NCBI GenBank assembly: GCA_964354755.1
Contig: CAYHBA010000005.1
Coordinates: 13,014 to 77,013, forward strand
Direction of reading: 5' to 3'
Origin: an uncultured Thermoplasmata archaeon
GTDB taxonomy: Archaea; Thermoplasmatota; Thermoplasmata; SG8-5
Length of the DNA stretch: 64,000 nt
In this document: positions 36,362 through 46,792 of the stretch, piece after piece
How positions within the stretch are numbered: position 1 is the first letter of the stretch
Layout of the letters: every line of letters starts with the position of its first letter
Program-made: the position numbers and the translations under genes
Notes under the pieces: generated by a model
The model's database searches: none
What the model was told of the DNA's origin: nothing
What the model saw: the letters and a program-made list of their open reading frames with translations, nothing else

Positions 36362-37732
36362 TTACCGACCAATTCTTTTTATCGCAATATCCGCCGCTCT
36401 CGAGAGCAGGTCGAAGACATCGCTCACGGGCGGGCAGTACGCGAACTCCATGTCCTGAAGGTCATGGACGGTCATTCCTTTAGAGGCCATGATTCCGATG
36501 ACATTTATTCTCCAGGCAGCGCCTTCCTTTCCCATGGCCTGGCCTCCGAGGATTTTGCCTGTGTCCCCATCGACAATCAGCCTTAGTGACAGTTCTGAAT
36601 TGTTGGCTATGTAATGCGGCTTTATCGCGCCTTTTACTGAAACCGCTTTCACGTTCGCATGACCGGCCTTCTGCGCGGCCTCCAGGTTCAGCCCTGTGGC
36701 GGATATTTCTATATCGCCCACAAGGGATACGAAGGTGTTGTAGAAGCCCTTGTACTTCGCGTCCCCGCCGGCGGCATTTATACCAGCGATGGCGCCCTGC
36801 CTGTAAGCAGTCGTGGCTAGAAGGGCGGGACCTTTCGAGCCGTCAAGCCTTGAGAACGATTCTGCGCAATCCCCCACCGCGAAAACGCCAGGAACGTTCG
36901 TTTCCATGCGCTCGTTCGTGACGAATCCGTTCTTGTTTGCGATTATGCCGTTGCCTTCTGCCAAATATGTCCGGGCTTTCATCCCTACTGCCATCACGAC
37001 AATGTCGCAGGGGATTACCTGGCCCGCTATAGTCACGGACTCGACGCAGTCTGTTCCGTTCACGCTGTCTATGCCCTTTCCGAAGTACTGGTGTATCCCA
37101 AGTTCAGCAAGCTTGTTGATGACCAACTCACCCATCTCCGGGTCGAAGATATCCGCCATGACAGGCGGGGTCCTCTTTGTAACATGGACATCCAGACCCA
37201 GCACCTTCAGGGCTGCCGCGATCTCCAATCCTGTCGCACCGCCCCCGACCACGCATGCCGCTTTCTTCTTCGAGCTCAAGGCAGCCTCCCGCAGCGCCAT
37301 CGCATTGGACGGGTTGGTGCAGAAATGAACGCCTTTTCCCTCAAGCTCCTTCGCCCCCGGTATCGGGAGGTTTATCGGTTCCGCGCCTGTGGCTAATACC
37401 AGGGAGTCCCAAGCAATCTCCGAAACATCACCGGTCTTCAGGTCTTTTACAGTAAGCTTCTTTTCAGGGACGTCTATGGACTGGACCTCGTGCGAAAGTA
37501 GTTTTTTAAGTCTCCCGACCTCCGGGATAGAATACTGGAGATCGGCGAAGTCTTTGACCACGCCCTCTATGGCATAGGGCAGCCCGCAGGGGCTGAACTG
37601 GTCGAAGTCCCTCTTCTCGATTATCGTGATGTTCGCCTTGCGGTTCGTACCCGAGGCATACTTGGAAGCGTAGAGGCCCCCGATACCCAGGCCTATGATT
37701 ACCACATTCATTTCATTGTCCGCCGACGGCAT
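36362..37732 (-). CDS. FAD-dependent pyridine nucleotide-disulfide oxidoreductase, NADH oxidase / CoA-disulfide reductase family
   Basis: 456 aa. N-terminal GxGxxG (IIGLGIGG), active-site Cys in SPCGLPY (Nox/CoADR single-Cys type), a second NAD-binding GGGATG, and a C-terminal dimerisation domain. Confidence 0.8.
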   Translation of the reverse strand: MPSADNEMNVVIIGLGIGGLYASKYASGTNRKANITIIEKRDFDQFSPCGLPYAIEGVVKDFADLQYSIPEVGRLKKLLSHEVQSIDVPEKKLTVKDLKTGDVSEIAWDSLVLATGAEPINLPIPGAKELEGKGVHFCTNPSNAMALREAALSSKKKAACVVGGGATGLEIAAALKVLGLDVHVTKRTPPVMADIFDPEMGELVINKLAELGIHQYFGKGIDSVNGTDCVESVTIAGQVIPCDIVVMAVGMKARTYLAEGNGIIANKNGFVTNERMETNVPGVFAVGDCAESFSRLDGSKGPALLATTAYRQGAIAGINAAGGDAKYKGFYNTFVSLVGDIEISATGLNLEAAQKAGHANVKAVSVKGAIKPHYIANNSELSLRLIVDGDTGKILGGQAMGKEGAAWRINVIGIMASKGMTVHDLQDMEFAYCPPVSDVFDLLSRAADIAIKRIGR

Positions 37733-37900
37733 GGTTCACATCCTGCACTGCTGTCGGCAAAGCGCGTTTCGGATATGACCTTTTCGATAAATGACTTACT
37801 GCAGAAATGCCGAGAACACTCAGACCTTCAGGGCTGAGATGAATCGGCATGAGCAGTCGTCAATCCACCGTTGCATACCGTGCTTATATTATCAAAATAA

Positions 37901-37921
37901 ATCGAAGCTTCTAGCTTCGAT
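37901..37921. promoter_or_regulatory. Imperfect palindrome (9-bp arms, 3-bp spacer) in the divergent nox / gcvT intergenic region
   Basis: atcgaagct-tct-agcttcgat. A second 8-bp palindrome gtagctac lies at 37970-37977 and a partial repeat cgattcgaagc at 37978-37988. Candidate operator for a transcription factor. Confidence 0.3.
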
Positions 37922-38101
37922 AAATTAGGTGTGCAACTGCCCTATGGTAAACATACTGCCCCGAATCATGTAGCTACGATTCGAAGCGTAACGCCAGCCA
38001 CTTTAGGGGCTGGTAGTTTACACCCTTGACCGGAAGTCTAGATAAGTTTTTTGTATGCAATTCGTATGTCCCACCCTGGAAAAAGCGAATAAGGTGATGT
38101 A

Positions 38102-39190
38102 ATGACAATAAAAACTCCATTTTACGACAAACATGCAAAGCTCGGCGGTCACGTTGTGGATTTTCACGGATGGTTCCTGTCAATGATGTTCTCAGGCATA
38201 CCGGACGAGCACATGGTAGTCCGCGAAAGCGTCGGAATGTTCGACGTCTCCCACATGGGCAATTTCACCATCAAGGGAAAGGGGGCAACAGACTTCCTGA
38301 ACGAAACGCTGACGAACAGGTTCGATAATGTCAAATTGTTCCAGTGTAGGTACTGCCACATACTGCAGGATGACGGGAAGATAATAGACGACAACATCGT
38401 TTCCAAGATAGGGGACGAGGATTATTTCTGTGTGCCCAATGCCACCATGATAAAGACCGATTTCGATTGGTACACCAAGCACGCTCCCAAGACCGTGAAG
38501 ATCGAAAACCTCTCTGACAAGTACGGCATTCTTGCCCTTCAGGGTCCGAAGGCGAAACTGGTCATGCAGAAGGTGACGGACTTCGATGTCTCATCTGTGA
38601 AATTCTTCTTCTGCGGTATGATGAGGATTAAAGGTCTGGACCACGACACTCTCGTCTGGCGCACTGGATACACTGGAGAGGACGGCTTCGAGATAATGGT
38701 GCCGCAGAAGGACGCTTCCCATATCTGGGATGCGGTGTACGAAGCGGGCAAAGAGTTCGGGATAAAACCCATCGGGCTCGGGGCGAGGGACACTCTCAGG
38801 CTCGAGAAGGGTTTATTGCTCTCCGGCCAGGACTTCAATTACGACCGAACTACGGTTGAAACATACCAGAGCGGCCAGTTCGCACTGAACATGAATCACG
38901 ATTTTCGCGGGAAGAAGGTGCTTGAGCAGCAGCTTGCAAAGGACGATTACTGGCGCATTATCGGCATAGACATCGGAAAGGGCGGAATACCCAGAACCGG
39001 CTACGAGGTCGTCCACTCCGGCAAGGTCATCTCCAAGGTTACCTCCGGGACATTCGTGCCAACCACGAAGAGGGGGATCGCCATGGCCTACCTGCCGCCA
39101 GAGCTTGCGAAACCTGGTGTCGAGCTCTCGATACGCATTAGGGGAAAGGACATACCCGGGAAGGTCTTCAGTTTCCGCGACAAAGCCTAA
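38102..39190 (+). CDS. gcvT: Glycine cleavage system T protein (aminomethyltransferase)
   Basis: 362 aa. The ESVGMFDVSHMG signature of GcvT. An SD (aaggtgat) lies upstream. Confidence 0.85.
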   Translation: MTIKTPFYDKHAKLGGHVVDFHGWFLSMMFSGIPDEHMVVRESVGMFDVSHMGNFTIKGKGATDFLNETLTNRFDNVKLFQCRYCHILQDDGKIIDDNIVSKIGDEDYFCVPNATMIKTDFDWYTKHAPKTVKIENLSDKYGILALQGPKAKLVMQKVTDFDVSSVKFFFCGMMRIKGLDHDTLVWRTGYTGEDGFEIMVPQKDASHIWDAVYEAGKEFGIKPIGLGARDTLRLEKGLLLSGQDFNYDRTTVETYQSGQFALNMNHDFRGKKVLEQQLAKDDYWRIIGIDIGKGGIPRTGYEVVHSGKVISKVTSGTFVPTTKRGIAMAYLPPELAKPGVELSIRIRGKDIPGKVFSFRDKA

Positions 39191-39332
39191 TTCTGGGAAG
39201 GAAAATGTTGCTCGGACAATTCTCCACGGTCAAATCACATTTTCCCGGCCAATACAGCCTTTGACTTTTTCATATTCTATTAAATAGTCTTATTCTAATC
39301 ACCCCCCGCCTACATGGCAGGGTTGATATTGC

Positions 39333-39584
39333 ATGGAAATAATGTCCCTGATCAACATCGCTTTGTTATTGTCGACCGCAATACTGTTTGTGTTGGCCAT
39401 CGAGCTTAAAAAACTTGTGAATGCCTGCATCATGCTGGGTGCGGGAAGCGCAATACTGGCCTGTGTTTTCTTCATAGCCGGGGCACCGTTCGCAGCGGCG
39501 TTCGAGCTCGTGGTCGGCGCGGGCCTGGTGACTGTCCTCTTTATAAGCGCCATAAGCCTGACTAAGCCCGGGGGTGGTGAGTGA
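39333..39584 (+). CDS. Small membrane subunit of a group-4 hydrogenase / Mrp-like module (MbhD/E- or MrpB-like)
   Basis: 83 aa, 3 TM, first gene of the operon. Confidence 0.55.
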   Translation: MEIMSLINIALLLSTAILFVLAIELKKLVNACIMLGAGSAILACVFFIAGAPFAAAFELVVGAGLVTVLFISAISLTKPGGGE

Positions 39585-39823
39585 TGGACCATGCGGGCAA
39601 ACTGGCAGGCGCCCTGTTGGCAGGATTCGTTTTCGTCATGCTCATACTGGTTTTCGGCACGATGATGATGGATGAGGCCGAGGTGCAGGGCGGGGAAGCC
39701 CAGGAAATCGGCTTCCAGCTCTGGGAACTGAGGCCGCTAGAATTGCTGGTGCTGTCAGTCATAATGTTCGGCGCCGTTTTGGGAATCCTGAAGCTCGTCG
39801 GAGGTGAGTTCAGATGGAGCTGA
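39584..39823 (+). CDS. Small membrane subunit (MbhE/MrpB-like)
   Basis: ATG at 39584 overlaps the upstream stop (TGATG). ~80 aa, 2-3 TM. Confidence 0.55.
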   Translation: MDHAGKLAGALLAGFVFVMLILVFGTMMMDEAEVQGGEAQEIGFQLWELRPLELLVLSVIMFGAVLGILKLVGGEFRWS

Positions 39824-40110
39824 GCGATGTACAGGTCAATATGCTGGCTTCCCTCGTGCTCTTATTCCTGGGTCTTTACTGTGTCATCAGCAAGAAGAAC
39901 CTCATCAAGATAATAGTCGGCATCGAGATAATGGCCAAAGGCGCATTGCTGAGTTTCATAGCGAGCGGCGGGGCGAACATCCAATCCGTGGTCATAATCG
40001 CCATAGGGATAGACGCCATCATCGCTGCTGTGGCCCTATCAATAATAGTGAACGCCTGGAAACACACCAAGAGCTTGGATGTGACCAAACTTACAAAGCT
40101 GAGGGGGTAG
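39814..40110 (+). CDS. NuoK/MrpC-like membrane subunit (MbhG-like)
   Basis: 98 aa. LFLGLYCVISKKNLIKIIVGIEIMAKGALLSF matches the NuoK/MnhC consensus. Overlaps the upstream gene. Confidence 0.7.
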   Translation: MELSDVQVNMLASLVLLFLGLYCVISKKNLIKIIVGIEIMAKGALLSFIASGGANIQSVVIIAIGIDAIIAAVALSIIVNAWKHTKSLDVTKLTKLRG

Positions 40111-40116
40111 ATTCAA

Positions 40117-41934
40117 ATGTTGCTGGATAACGGCTTGCTGCTCGGGCTTGTCGTCCTCATTCCGTTCATTGCCGCGGCTCTCATACCCGTCATCGGAAAG
40201 GCAGCTCCAAGAGCGGTGGCATGGTTCGCTGTTTTGGCCGCCCTGATACTTGCCGGGCTTGTCGCATTGCTCGTCCCGGACATATTCCTGGACAATGTGG
40301 CGCCCATAGGCATGGGCGACGGCATCGAATATAATTGGATACCTGACGCGGGCATTACCTTCGGATTCCACATAGACCCGCTGGCCTTGACGCTGGCCGT
40401 GGTCGCCTCATTCATTGGCATGCTGGCCGTGATATACTCTGTCAAGTACATGGAGGGCAAGAAAGGCCTTCCGAGGTATTACTCGCTGGTCCTTCTGTTC
40501 ATAGGCTCTATGGTTTGCTTGGTTTTCACAAATAATTTACTTGTTCTCTACATATTCTGGGAGATAATAGGGCTGTGCTCCTACGCCCTCATCGGGTTCT
40601 ACAACGAGGACCCGAAGGCCGCGAAAGCCGGAATAAAGGCCTTCGTGTTCACCAGGATAGGCGACATCGGCCTTCTCCTGGGAATTTTCATTCTCTACCT
40701 GGGCGCAGGCACATTCAACATCCAGGACATTATAGCAAGCCCGCCGGCCATGGAATACCTCGGACCCGCAGCATTCCTGTTCATACTCGGCGCCATGGGC
40801 AAATCCGCCCAGGTGCCGCTGCACGTGTGGCTTCCGGATGCGATGGAAGCCCCGACGACCATCAGCGCCCTCATCCACGCCGCGACTCTTGTAAACTCGG
40901 GAATATATATCCTGGCGAGGATGTCGCCCGTGTTCTTCGACATTCCCGGCTGGGGAACAATGCTCCTGTTCATCGGCGGTCTTACGGCGCTGTTGGCTGC
41001 AGTAATGGCCTGCGCGGAGCCGGACCTGAAGAAGCTACTGGCCTATTCGACCATAAGCCAGCTCGGGTACATGGTGTTCGCTCTGGGCATCATTGTGAAC
41101 GAACCGGACATCGGCCTGGTTCAAATCGGCATCCTGGCAGCCACGTTCCACCTGTTCAGCCATGCAATATTCAAGGCGCTCCTTTTCCTGGGCGCCGGCT
41201 CTGTCATACACTCTGTCGGAACCAGGGACATGCGCGGGATGGGCGGTCTCAAGGACACCATGAAAATTACCCATTGGACAATGCTGTTCGGCGCGCTCGC
41301 GCTCGCAGGCATTGTGCCTTTCAGCGGATTCTGGAGCAAGGACCTGATATTCGCAGGCGCTTGGGAAGCCGACATGTGGTTCCCCCTGTTCGTGGTGGTT
41401 CTGACTGCGGTGCTCACTGTCGCTTACTCGCTAAGGATGTACTGGCTCGTGTTCCAGGGCAAGCCGCGCAACAATGCCCGCACCCACGAGTCCCCCGGAG
41501 CCATGACACTGCCCCTGGTCATTCTGGCCGTCGGAGCCATAGCCTCATGGGCACTAATCGGCGTATTCAGCGGAGCGATGCATGCACCAGTCTACGGATT
41601 CGAGGGCGCGGAATCCTATGACATTCCCGGGTTCCTGGAACACACGTTCACCAGCCCCGCGGTTCTGTTGTCGTTCCTGGCCATGGGCCTCGGGCTGCTT
41701 ATATTCCTCGCCCGCAAGAACTACCTGCTCAGGAGGCCGAGGACCTTCATCATGAAGCTGGCCGCCAAGGGCTTTCACTTCGATACATTCTATAACGGAG
41801 TGCTCTGCCGGCTCAGGATAATGGCCAAGGGCCTGAGGCTCACCCAGACCGGAGACGCCAATATGAACGCGGTCGGCATTGCGGCAGCCTTCCTGCTTGC
41901 ATTCATATTCATATTCATCTGGGGGGTGTTCTGA
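40117..41934 (+). CDS. Proton/sodium-translocating antiporter-like subunit (NuoL/MrpA family)
   Basis: 605 aa with ~16 TM. PF00361-type conserved core (WLPDAMEAPTTISALIHAATLVNSGIYILAR...). Confidence 0.85.
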   Translation: MLLDNGLLLGLVVLIPFIAAALIPVIGKAAPRAVAWFAVLAALILAGLVALLVPDIFLDNVAPIGMGDGIEYNWIPDAGITFGFHIDPLALTLAVVASFIGMLAVIYSVKYMEGKKGLPRYYSLVLLFIGSMVCLVFTNNLLVLYIFWEIIGLCSYALIGFYNEDPKAAKAGIKAFVFTRIGDIGLLLGIFILYLGAGTFNIQDIIASPPAMEYLGPAAFLFILGAMGKSAQVPLHVWLPDAMEAPTTISALIHAATLVNSGIYILARMSPVFFDIPGWGTMLLFIGGLTALLAAVMACAEPDLKKLLAYSTISQLGYMVFALGIIVNEPDIGLVQIGILAATFHLFSHAIFKALLFLGAGSVIHSVGTRDMRGMGGLKDTMKITHWTMLFGALALAGIVPFSGFWSKDLIFAGAWEADMWFPLFVVVLTAVLTVAYSLRMYWLVFQGKPRNNARTHESPGAMTLPLVILAVGAIASWALIGVFSGAMHAPVYGFEGAESYDIPGFLEHTFTSPAVLLSFLAMGLGLLIFLARKNYLLRRPRTFIMKLAAKGFHFDTFYNGVLCRLRIMAKGLRLTQTGDANMNAVGIAAAFLLAFIFIFIWGVF

Positions 41935-43407
41935 ATGGAAGCAATGATGCCCATTCTGGTTTTGGTGGGCGGTGCATACCTTTCATATGCCGCGCTCAGG
42001 GCAGTCCCGGGCAAGCCGCATATCGGCGGCATCGTGGCCACGATGTTCGCATTGCTCAGCTTCTTCCTGACGCTGTGGATAGGTCTGAAGGTCTGGGACG
42101 GGGAGGTCGTGGAATTCACCTTTGCCTCCAGCACTGTGCAGGCAGACGCCCTTGGCGTATTGCTGGCCCTGGTTGCGACCGGACTGGCCAGCATGGTCTC
42201 CGTATATTCAGTCGGATACATGAAGGACGACAATGGCTTGGAGAGCTATTACCCGCTGCTCCTGCTCATGGTCGCGGGGATAGTGGGCATCGGTTTCTCT
42301 ACAGACTTCTTCATGCTGTTCGTGTTCTTCGAGCTCATGGCTATTTCGTCATATGCACTGGTCACCTTCCACAAGGAGAAGCGCGACGCGGCAGAGGCAG
42401 GCGTGAAATACGTCATACTTAGCGCGATGGGCTCGGCAGTCGCCCTGTTCGGCATATCCCTGATATACGGCCAGACCGGAACCCTGAACATTGCGGCATC
42501 CATGCCCCTTCTCACAGACAATGCCTTCTCGATGATGGCCATAATGATGCTCATTGTCGGCTTCGGAGTGAAAGCCGCGATAGTTCCGCTGCATACCTGG
42601 CTGCCAGACGCGCATTCCGCGGCTCCGTCCGGCATCAGTGCGATACTGTCCGGCATAGTGATACAGGCCGGGTTCATTGCCATGCTCAAGTGCCTGCTGT
42701 CCTTCGGCGGCTCAGGCATATCCATAGGGATATTGCTCATCGGATTTGCCCTCATCACAATGACTCTGGGCAACATGCTGGCCTTCGCCCAGGCCTACAT
42801 CCGGAAAGGCGACCTGAAGCGCGTGCTGGCCTATTCGAGCATAGCTCAGATGGGATACATCATCCTCGGCATCGGGCTTTGGATGCAGTACGGCACCGAG
42901 ATGGGCCTGCAGGGCGGCCTGTTCCACATAATGACCCATGCATTCATGAAGGGCCTGGCCTTCATGTGCGCCGGCCTGATAATCTATAGGCTGGGCACGA
43001 GGCAACTGTCCAAGATGCAGGGCATAGGCCATGTTATGCCTCTCACAGCATTCTGCTTCACGGTCGCGGTGCTGGCGCTTGCCGGCGCGCCTCCGCTCAG
43101 CGGATTCATGAGCGAGTGGATGATATTCAAAGCAGGCGTGGACGCGAGCGCGACCATCGGCATCTGGGGGATACTAATCACCCTTGTAGCCGTTCTGAAC
43201 AGCATCCTGTCAATGGGCTATTACCTGCCCATGGTCAAGACATTCTTCCTGAAGCCCAAAGGGAGCTTTACTAATCTAAGACCTGCTCCGAGGTCCATGA
43301 TGGTGCCGATACTGGTGCTGACGGCAATAACCATAATCCTGGGCATATGGCCGCAGCTCGGCCTCGGGGCGATAACTCCGATACTCCAGCTACTGGGAGG
43401 TGCTTAA
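41935..43407 (+). CDS. Antiporter-like subunit (NuoN/NuoM/MrpD family; MbhH-like)
   Basis: 490 aa. WLPDAHSAAPSGISAILSGIVIQAGFIAMLK core. Confidence 0.85.
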   Translation: MEAMMPILVLVGGAYLSYAALRAVPGKPHIGGIVATMFALLSFFLTLWIGLKVWDGEVVEFTFASSTVQADALGVLLALVATGLASMVSVYSVGYMKDDNGLESYYPLLLLMVAGIVGIGFSTDFFMLFVFFELMAISSYALVTFHKEKRDAAEAGVKYVILSAMGSAVALFGISLIYGQTGTLNIAASMPLLTDNAFSMMAIMMLIVGFGVKAAIVPLHTWLPDAHSAAPSGISAILSGIVIQAGFIAMLKCLLSFGGSGISIGILLIGFALITMTLGNMLAFAQAYIRKGDLKRVLAYSSIAQMGYIILGIGLWMQYGTEMGLQGGLFHIMTHAFMKGLAFMCAGLIIYRLGTRQLSKMQGIGHVMPLTAFCFTVAVLALAGAPPLSGFMSEWMIFKAGVDASATIGIWGILITLVAVLNSILSMGYYLPMVKTFFLKPKGSFTNLRPAPRSMMVPILVLTAITIILGIWPQLGLGAITPILQLLGGA

Positions 43408-43753
43408 TATGGATTTCAGGCTGTTCTTCACGCCGCTTTTCGCCTTCCTGGTGTTCCTTCTGATTGCCTACCTGATATATAGGTTCGGAGGCGCCATAGG
43501 CCCGGCAAGGAAGCGCCAGTCCAGACACAAGCTGAGCACATACGCCTGCGGCGAGGAATTCGAAGGCGGCAAAGTCCAGCAGTCGTTCACGCTGTTCCAT
43601 GTGGCCTTCATATTCACGATTTTCCACATCGCGGCCATGATAATCGCCACGATACCGGACGGGGACAATGCGCTCTACGGGCTGCTGTTCATAAGTGGAC
43701 TTCTGATAGCCGCTGTTGCGTTGGTCACATCGGGAGGTGAGGGCCATGTTTGA
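43400..43753 (+). CDS. NuoA/MbhI-like small membrane subunit
   Basis: 117 aa, 3 TM. YACGEEFEGG resembles the NuoA YECG motif. Confidence 0.6.
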   Translation: MLNMDFRLFFTPLFAFLVFLLIAYLIYRFGGAIGPARKRQSRHKLSTYACGEEFEGGKVQQSFTLFHVAFIFTIFHIAAMIIATIPDGDNALYGLLFISGLLIAAVALVTSGGEGHV

Positions 43754-44177
43754 GAAAGTGGTCAAATGGTCAAGGTACAAGTCCCCCTGGGTGGTACATT
43801 TCAACTCGGGCAGTTGCAACGGATGCGACATCGAGATAATTGCCGCGCTGATGCCGAGGTTCGATGCCGAGAGGTTCGGCGTGCTCCTAAAGGGAACGCC
43901 CAGGCATGGCGACGTCCTGCTCGTAACAGGGCCGGTCTCGGAACAGATGAAGGACCGCCTCATCAAGATATACGAGCAGATGCCTGAACCCAAGTTCGTT
44001 GTCGCATTCGGCGAGTGCGGGTGCAGCGGCGCCGTGTACACTGGCGCATACAATGTCGAGGGCGGTGTGGACAAGGTGATACCCGTTAATGCATACATCC
44101 CGGGCTGCCCCCCCAAGCCCGAGGCGATTCTCGACGGCATAGTGAAACTGCTCACCGCTTTCAAGGAGAGTGAGTGA
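43746..44177 (+). CDS. [NiFe]-hydrogenase small subunit / NuoB-like (MbhJ-like) with a proximal 4Fe-4S cluster
   Basis: ATG at 43746 with SD ggaggtga. Cys ligands GSCNGCDIE, GECGCSG and IPGCPP. Confidence 0.85.
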   Translation: MFEKVVKWSRYKSPWVVHFNSGSCNGCDIEIIAALMPRFDAERFGVLLKGTPRHGDVLLVTGPVSEQMKDRLIKIYEQMPEPKFVVAFGECGCSGAVYTGAYNVEGGVDKVIPVNAYIPGCPPKPEAILDGIVKLLTAFKESE

Positions 44178-44178
44178 C

Positions 44179-44634
44179 ATGGCTGACGATTATGTGTCCA
44201 ACCTGACAGCCAGGTTCCGGGGCATTGCCAAAGCCATAACCGAGGACAAGCAGGCGAAGGTCTACATGGAAGTCCCCAGGGAATCGCTGCTGAAGGTCGT
44301 GGAGATACTGAAGAACGAATTTGACGGATACCACATCTCGACGATAACGGTTCTCGACTCGGGTGAAAGGTTCGAACTCCTGTACCACATGCCGATCGGC
44401 CCAAGGCTCCTGAGCCTGAGGGTATTCCTGCCGAAGGGCGACCCGACGATCGATACTCTCACAAGGATACTGCCTGGCGCCATCCTTTACGAGAGGGAGC
44501 TGCACGACATCATGGGCATCCAGGTCAAGAATCACCCTGACATGCGCCGGCTTTTACTTCCGGATTCCTGGGGCGACAAGGGCTACCCGCTTAGGAAGGA
44601 CTGGGCGGATCCAAGGAAGAAGGAGGTGAAGTGA
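44179..44634 (+). CDS. NuoC-like (30 kDa) subunit (MbhK-like)
   Basis: ATG at 44179 with SD aaggagag. ERELHDIMGIQVKNHPD matches the NuoC signature. Confidence 0.8.
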   Translation: MADDYVSNLTARFRGIAKAITEDKQAKVYMEVPRESLLKVVEILKNEFDGYHISTITVLDSGERFELLYHMPIGPRLLSLRVFLPKGDPTIDTLTRILPGAILYERELHDIMGIQVKNHPDMRRLLLPDSWGDKGYPLRKDWADPRKKEVK

Positions 44635-45815
44635 TGACCAAGGTCACTATACCCATAGGCCCCCAGCACCCGGCCCTCAAGGAACCGGAGCGCTTCATGG
44701 TGACCGTGGAGGGAGAGACGATAGTCGACGCAGACGTGCGCATCGGCCATACTCACCGCGGCCTGGAGAAGCTGTTCGAGCAGCGCACCTACCTGCAGAA
44801 CATACACATCACCGAGAGGATATGCGGCATTTGCTCGTTCACGCACAGCACCAATTTCTGCCAGGCCACAGAATATATACTCGGGGCCGAGCCCCCGAGG
44901 CGCGGCCTTTACCTGAGAACCCTGATGAACGAGCTGGAGAGATTGCACAGCCACCTTCTATGGCTGGGCGTCGCTGGGCACGAGATGGGCTTCGACACCC
45001 TGCTCATGTGGTCCTGGGACGACAGGGAGCGCGTGCTCGATTTATTCGAGGACCTCACTGGCAACAGGGTCACGCATGCCTACAATACCGTAGGTGGGGT
45101 AAGGCGCGACATCACCGACGCCCAGGTGCAAAGAGTGCTTCACACCATGGACATACTGGAGGAGCGCACAAAGGCCTACATACAGGTCGGCCTCAACGAG
45201 CAGACAATCCTCAAGAGGACGCAGGGCGTGGGTATTTTAACCACTGCCGATGCGAAGAAGCTATGCGCGGTGGGCCCGAGGCTGAGAGCCTCCAACGTGA
45301 AATACGACGTGAGGAAGAACCATCCCTACGCCGCCTACGGCGAGCTGCCGTTCGAGGTTATCACATCGGACACGCTGGACGTGCACGGCCAGTTGGTCGT
45401 GAGGGCTCTGGAGATAATGGAGACCGTCAAGATGTGCAGATACATGATGCAGAACCTCCCGCCCGGGGAAATCAGGGTAAAGGTTCCGAGGAAGGTCCCG
45501 CCCGGAGAGGCTATCTCCAGAACCGAGGCGCCCAGAGGCGAGGACATACACTACCTCAGGGCGAACGGGACAGACAAACCGGAGCGCCTGAAGGTCAGGG
45601 CTCCCACCATGGCCAACATACTCAACGTGGCCCACACCTTGAAAGGCGCCAACATCGCAGATATTCCACTTATTGTGGCAGGAATCGACCCGTGCATGGG
45701 CTGCATGGACCGCGTACTGATACTTGACAGGGACAAGGAGACGGCCAGCATCATGACTAAGGAGCAGCTGCGCGAGTATTCCATCGCATGGTACGAGAAG
45801 GAGGCGCACAGATGA
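44631..45815 (+). CDS. Group-4 [NiFe]-hydrogenase large subunit (NuoD-like; MbhL-like) with intact Ni-Fe ligands and a cleavable C-terminal extension
   Basis: 394 aa. N-terminal L1 motif RICGICSFTH (RxCGxCxxxH). C-terminal L2 motif DPCMGCMDR (DPCxxCxxR), followed by a 32-aa tail typical of a HycI-processed precursor. Confidence 0.9.
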   Translation: MMTKVTIPIGPQHPALKEPERFMVTVEGETIVDADVRIGHTHRGLEKLFEQRTYLQNIHITERICGICSFTHSTNFCQATEYILGAEPPRRGLYLRTLMNELERLHSHLLWLGVAGHEMGFDTLLMWSWDDRERVLDLFEDLTGNRVTHAYNTVGGVRRDITDAQVQRVLHTMDILEERTKAYIQVGLNEQTILKRTQGVGILTTADAKKLCAVGPRLRASNVKYDVRKNHPYAAYGELPFEVITSDTLDVHGQLVVRALEIMETVKMCRYMMQNLPPGEIRVKVPRKVPPGEAISRTEAPRGEDIHYLRANGTDKPERLKVRAPTMANILNVAHTLKGANIADIPLIVAGIDPCMGCMDRVLILDRDKETASIMTKEQLREYSIAWYEKEAHR

Positions 45816-46792
45816 ACGAGATCGAGTCGATAATTTACCTGCTCGTGTTCCCGGGATTCCTGTTCCTCACGAGCTTCGCATTCGCATGCCAGTACATCGA
45901 CAGGAAACTGTACGCAAGGTTCCAGAAGAGGGTCGGCCCCCCGTTCCTGCAGCCAGTCGCGGATTTCATAAAGCTCCTGTCCAAGGAGGACATAGTGCCA
46001 AAGGCCGCAGACAGGACCATGTTCACGGCCGCACCGATAGTCGGCCTGGCGGCTGTTTTAACTGCCTTCATCTTCATACCCGTGCTTGCCCTTCACGCCC
46101 TGATACCGACATTCGAGGGTGACCTGATTATGGTGCTCTACCTGCTGACAATTCCCTCGCTGGCCATTTTCCTGGCAGGATGGTCGTCCGGAAACCCGTT
46201 CGGCCAGATAGGGGCGATGAGGGCAGTCGTCCAGATGCTGAGCTACGAGATACCCTTCTTCCTTGCCCTGCTCGGCCCCGCTCTGGTGGTCGGGAGCTGG
46301 AGCCTTGGTAAAATACTTGATTACCAGCTCGGGGGCATGTGGCTCGTGCTGCTTGCGCCTCTCGGCCTGTTCGTGGCCATAATAACGCTCCAGGGGAAGC
46401 TGGAGCGTTTGCCCTTTGACATTCCGGACGCGGAAACCGAGATAGTGGGCGGGCCCATGGCCGAGTACTCGGGAAGGAGGCTGGCCCTGTTCAGGACCAT
46501 GCTGGACATAGAGATGGTTGTCGGAGCCGCACTGATCGTCACGCTGTTCCTGGGAGGCTACGACCTGATAATCAGTTTCTCAAACCTTCCGTGGTACCTT
46601 CCGTACATGGTCAATGGAGTGATATTCTTCCTCAAGGTCCTGCTTGTTGTGGGGATACTGGCCCTCATCAAGGCCGTGGTGGCCAGGTACAGGATTGACC
46701 AGATGGTGTCCCTGTCCTACAGGTGGATGATTCCGCTGTCGGTCGCGCAGATAATTGTGATAGTGATGCTGAAATTCGGAGGCTGGTTCTGA
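45812..46792 (+). CDS. NuoH-like membrane subunit (MbhM-like)
   Basis: ATG at 45812 overlaps the large-subunit stop (ATGA). ~326 aa, 8 TM. Conserved GLLQPVADFIKL-type motif (GPPFLQPVADFIKLL). Confidence 0.85.
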   Translation: MNEIESIIYLLVFPGFLFLTSFAFACQYIDRKLYARFQKRVGPPFLQPVADFIKLLSKEDIVPKAADRTMFTAAPIVGLAAVLTAFIFIPVLALHALIPTFEGDLIMVLYLLTIPSLAIFLAGWSSGNPFGQIGAMRAVVQMLSYEIPFFLALLGPALVVGSWSLGKILDYQLGGMWLVLLAPLGLFVAIITLQGKLERLPFDIPDAETEIVGGPMAEYSGRRLALFRTMLDIEMVVGAALIVTLFLGGYDLIISFSNLPWYLPYMVNGVIFFLKVLLVVGILALIKAVVARYRIDQMVSLSYRWMIPLSVAQIIVIVMLKFGGWF

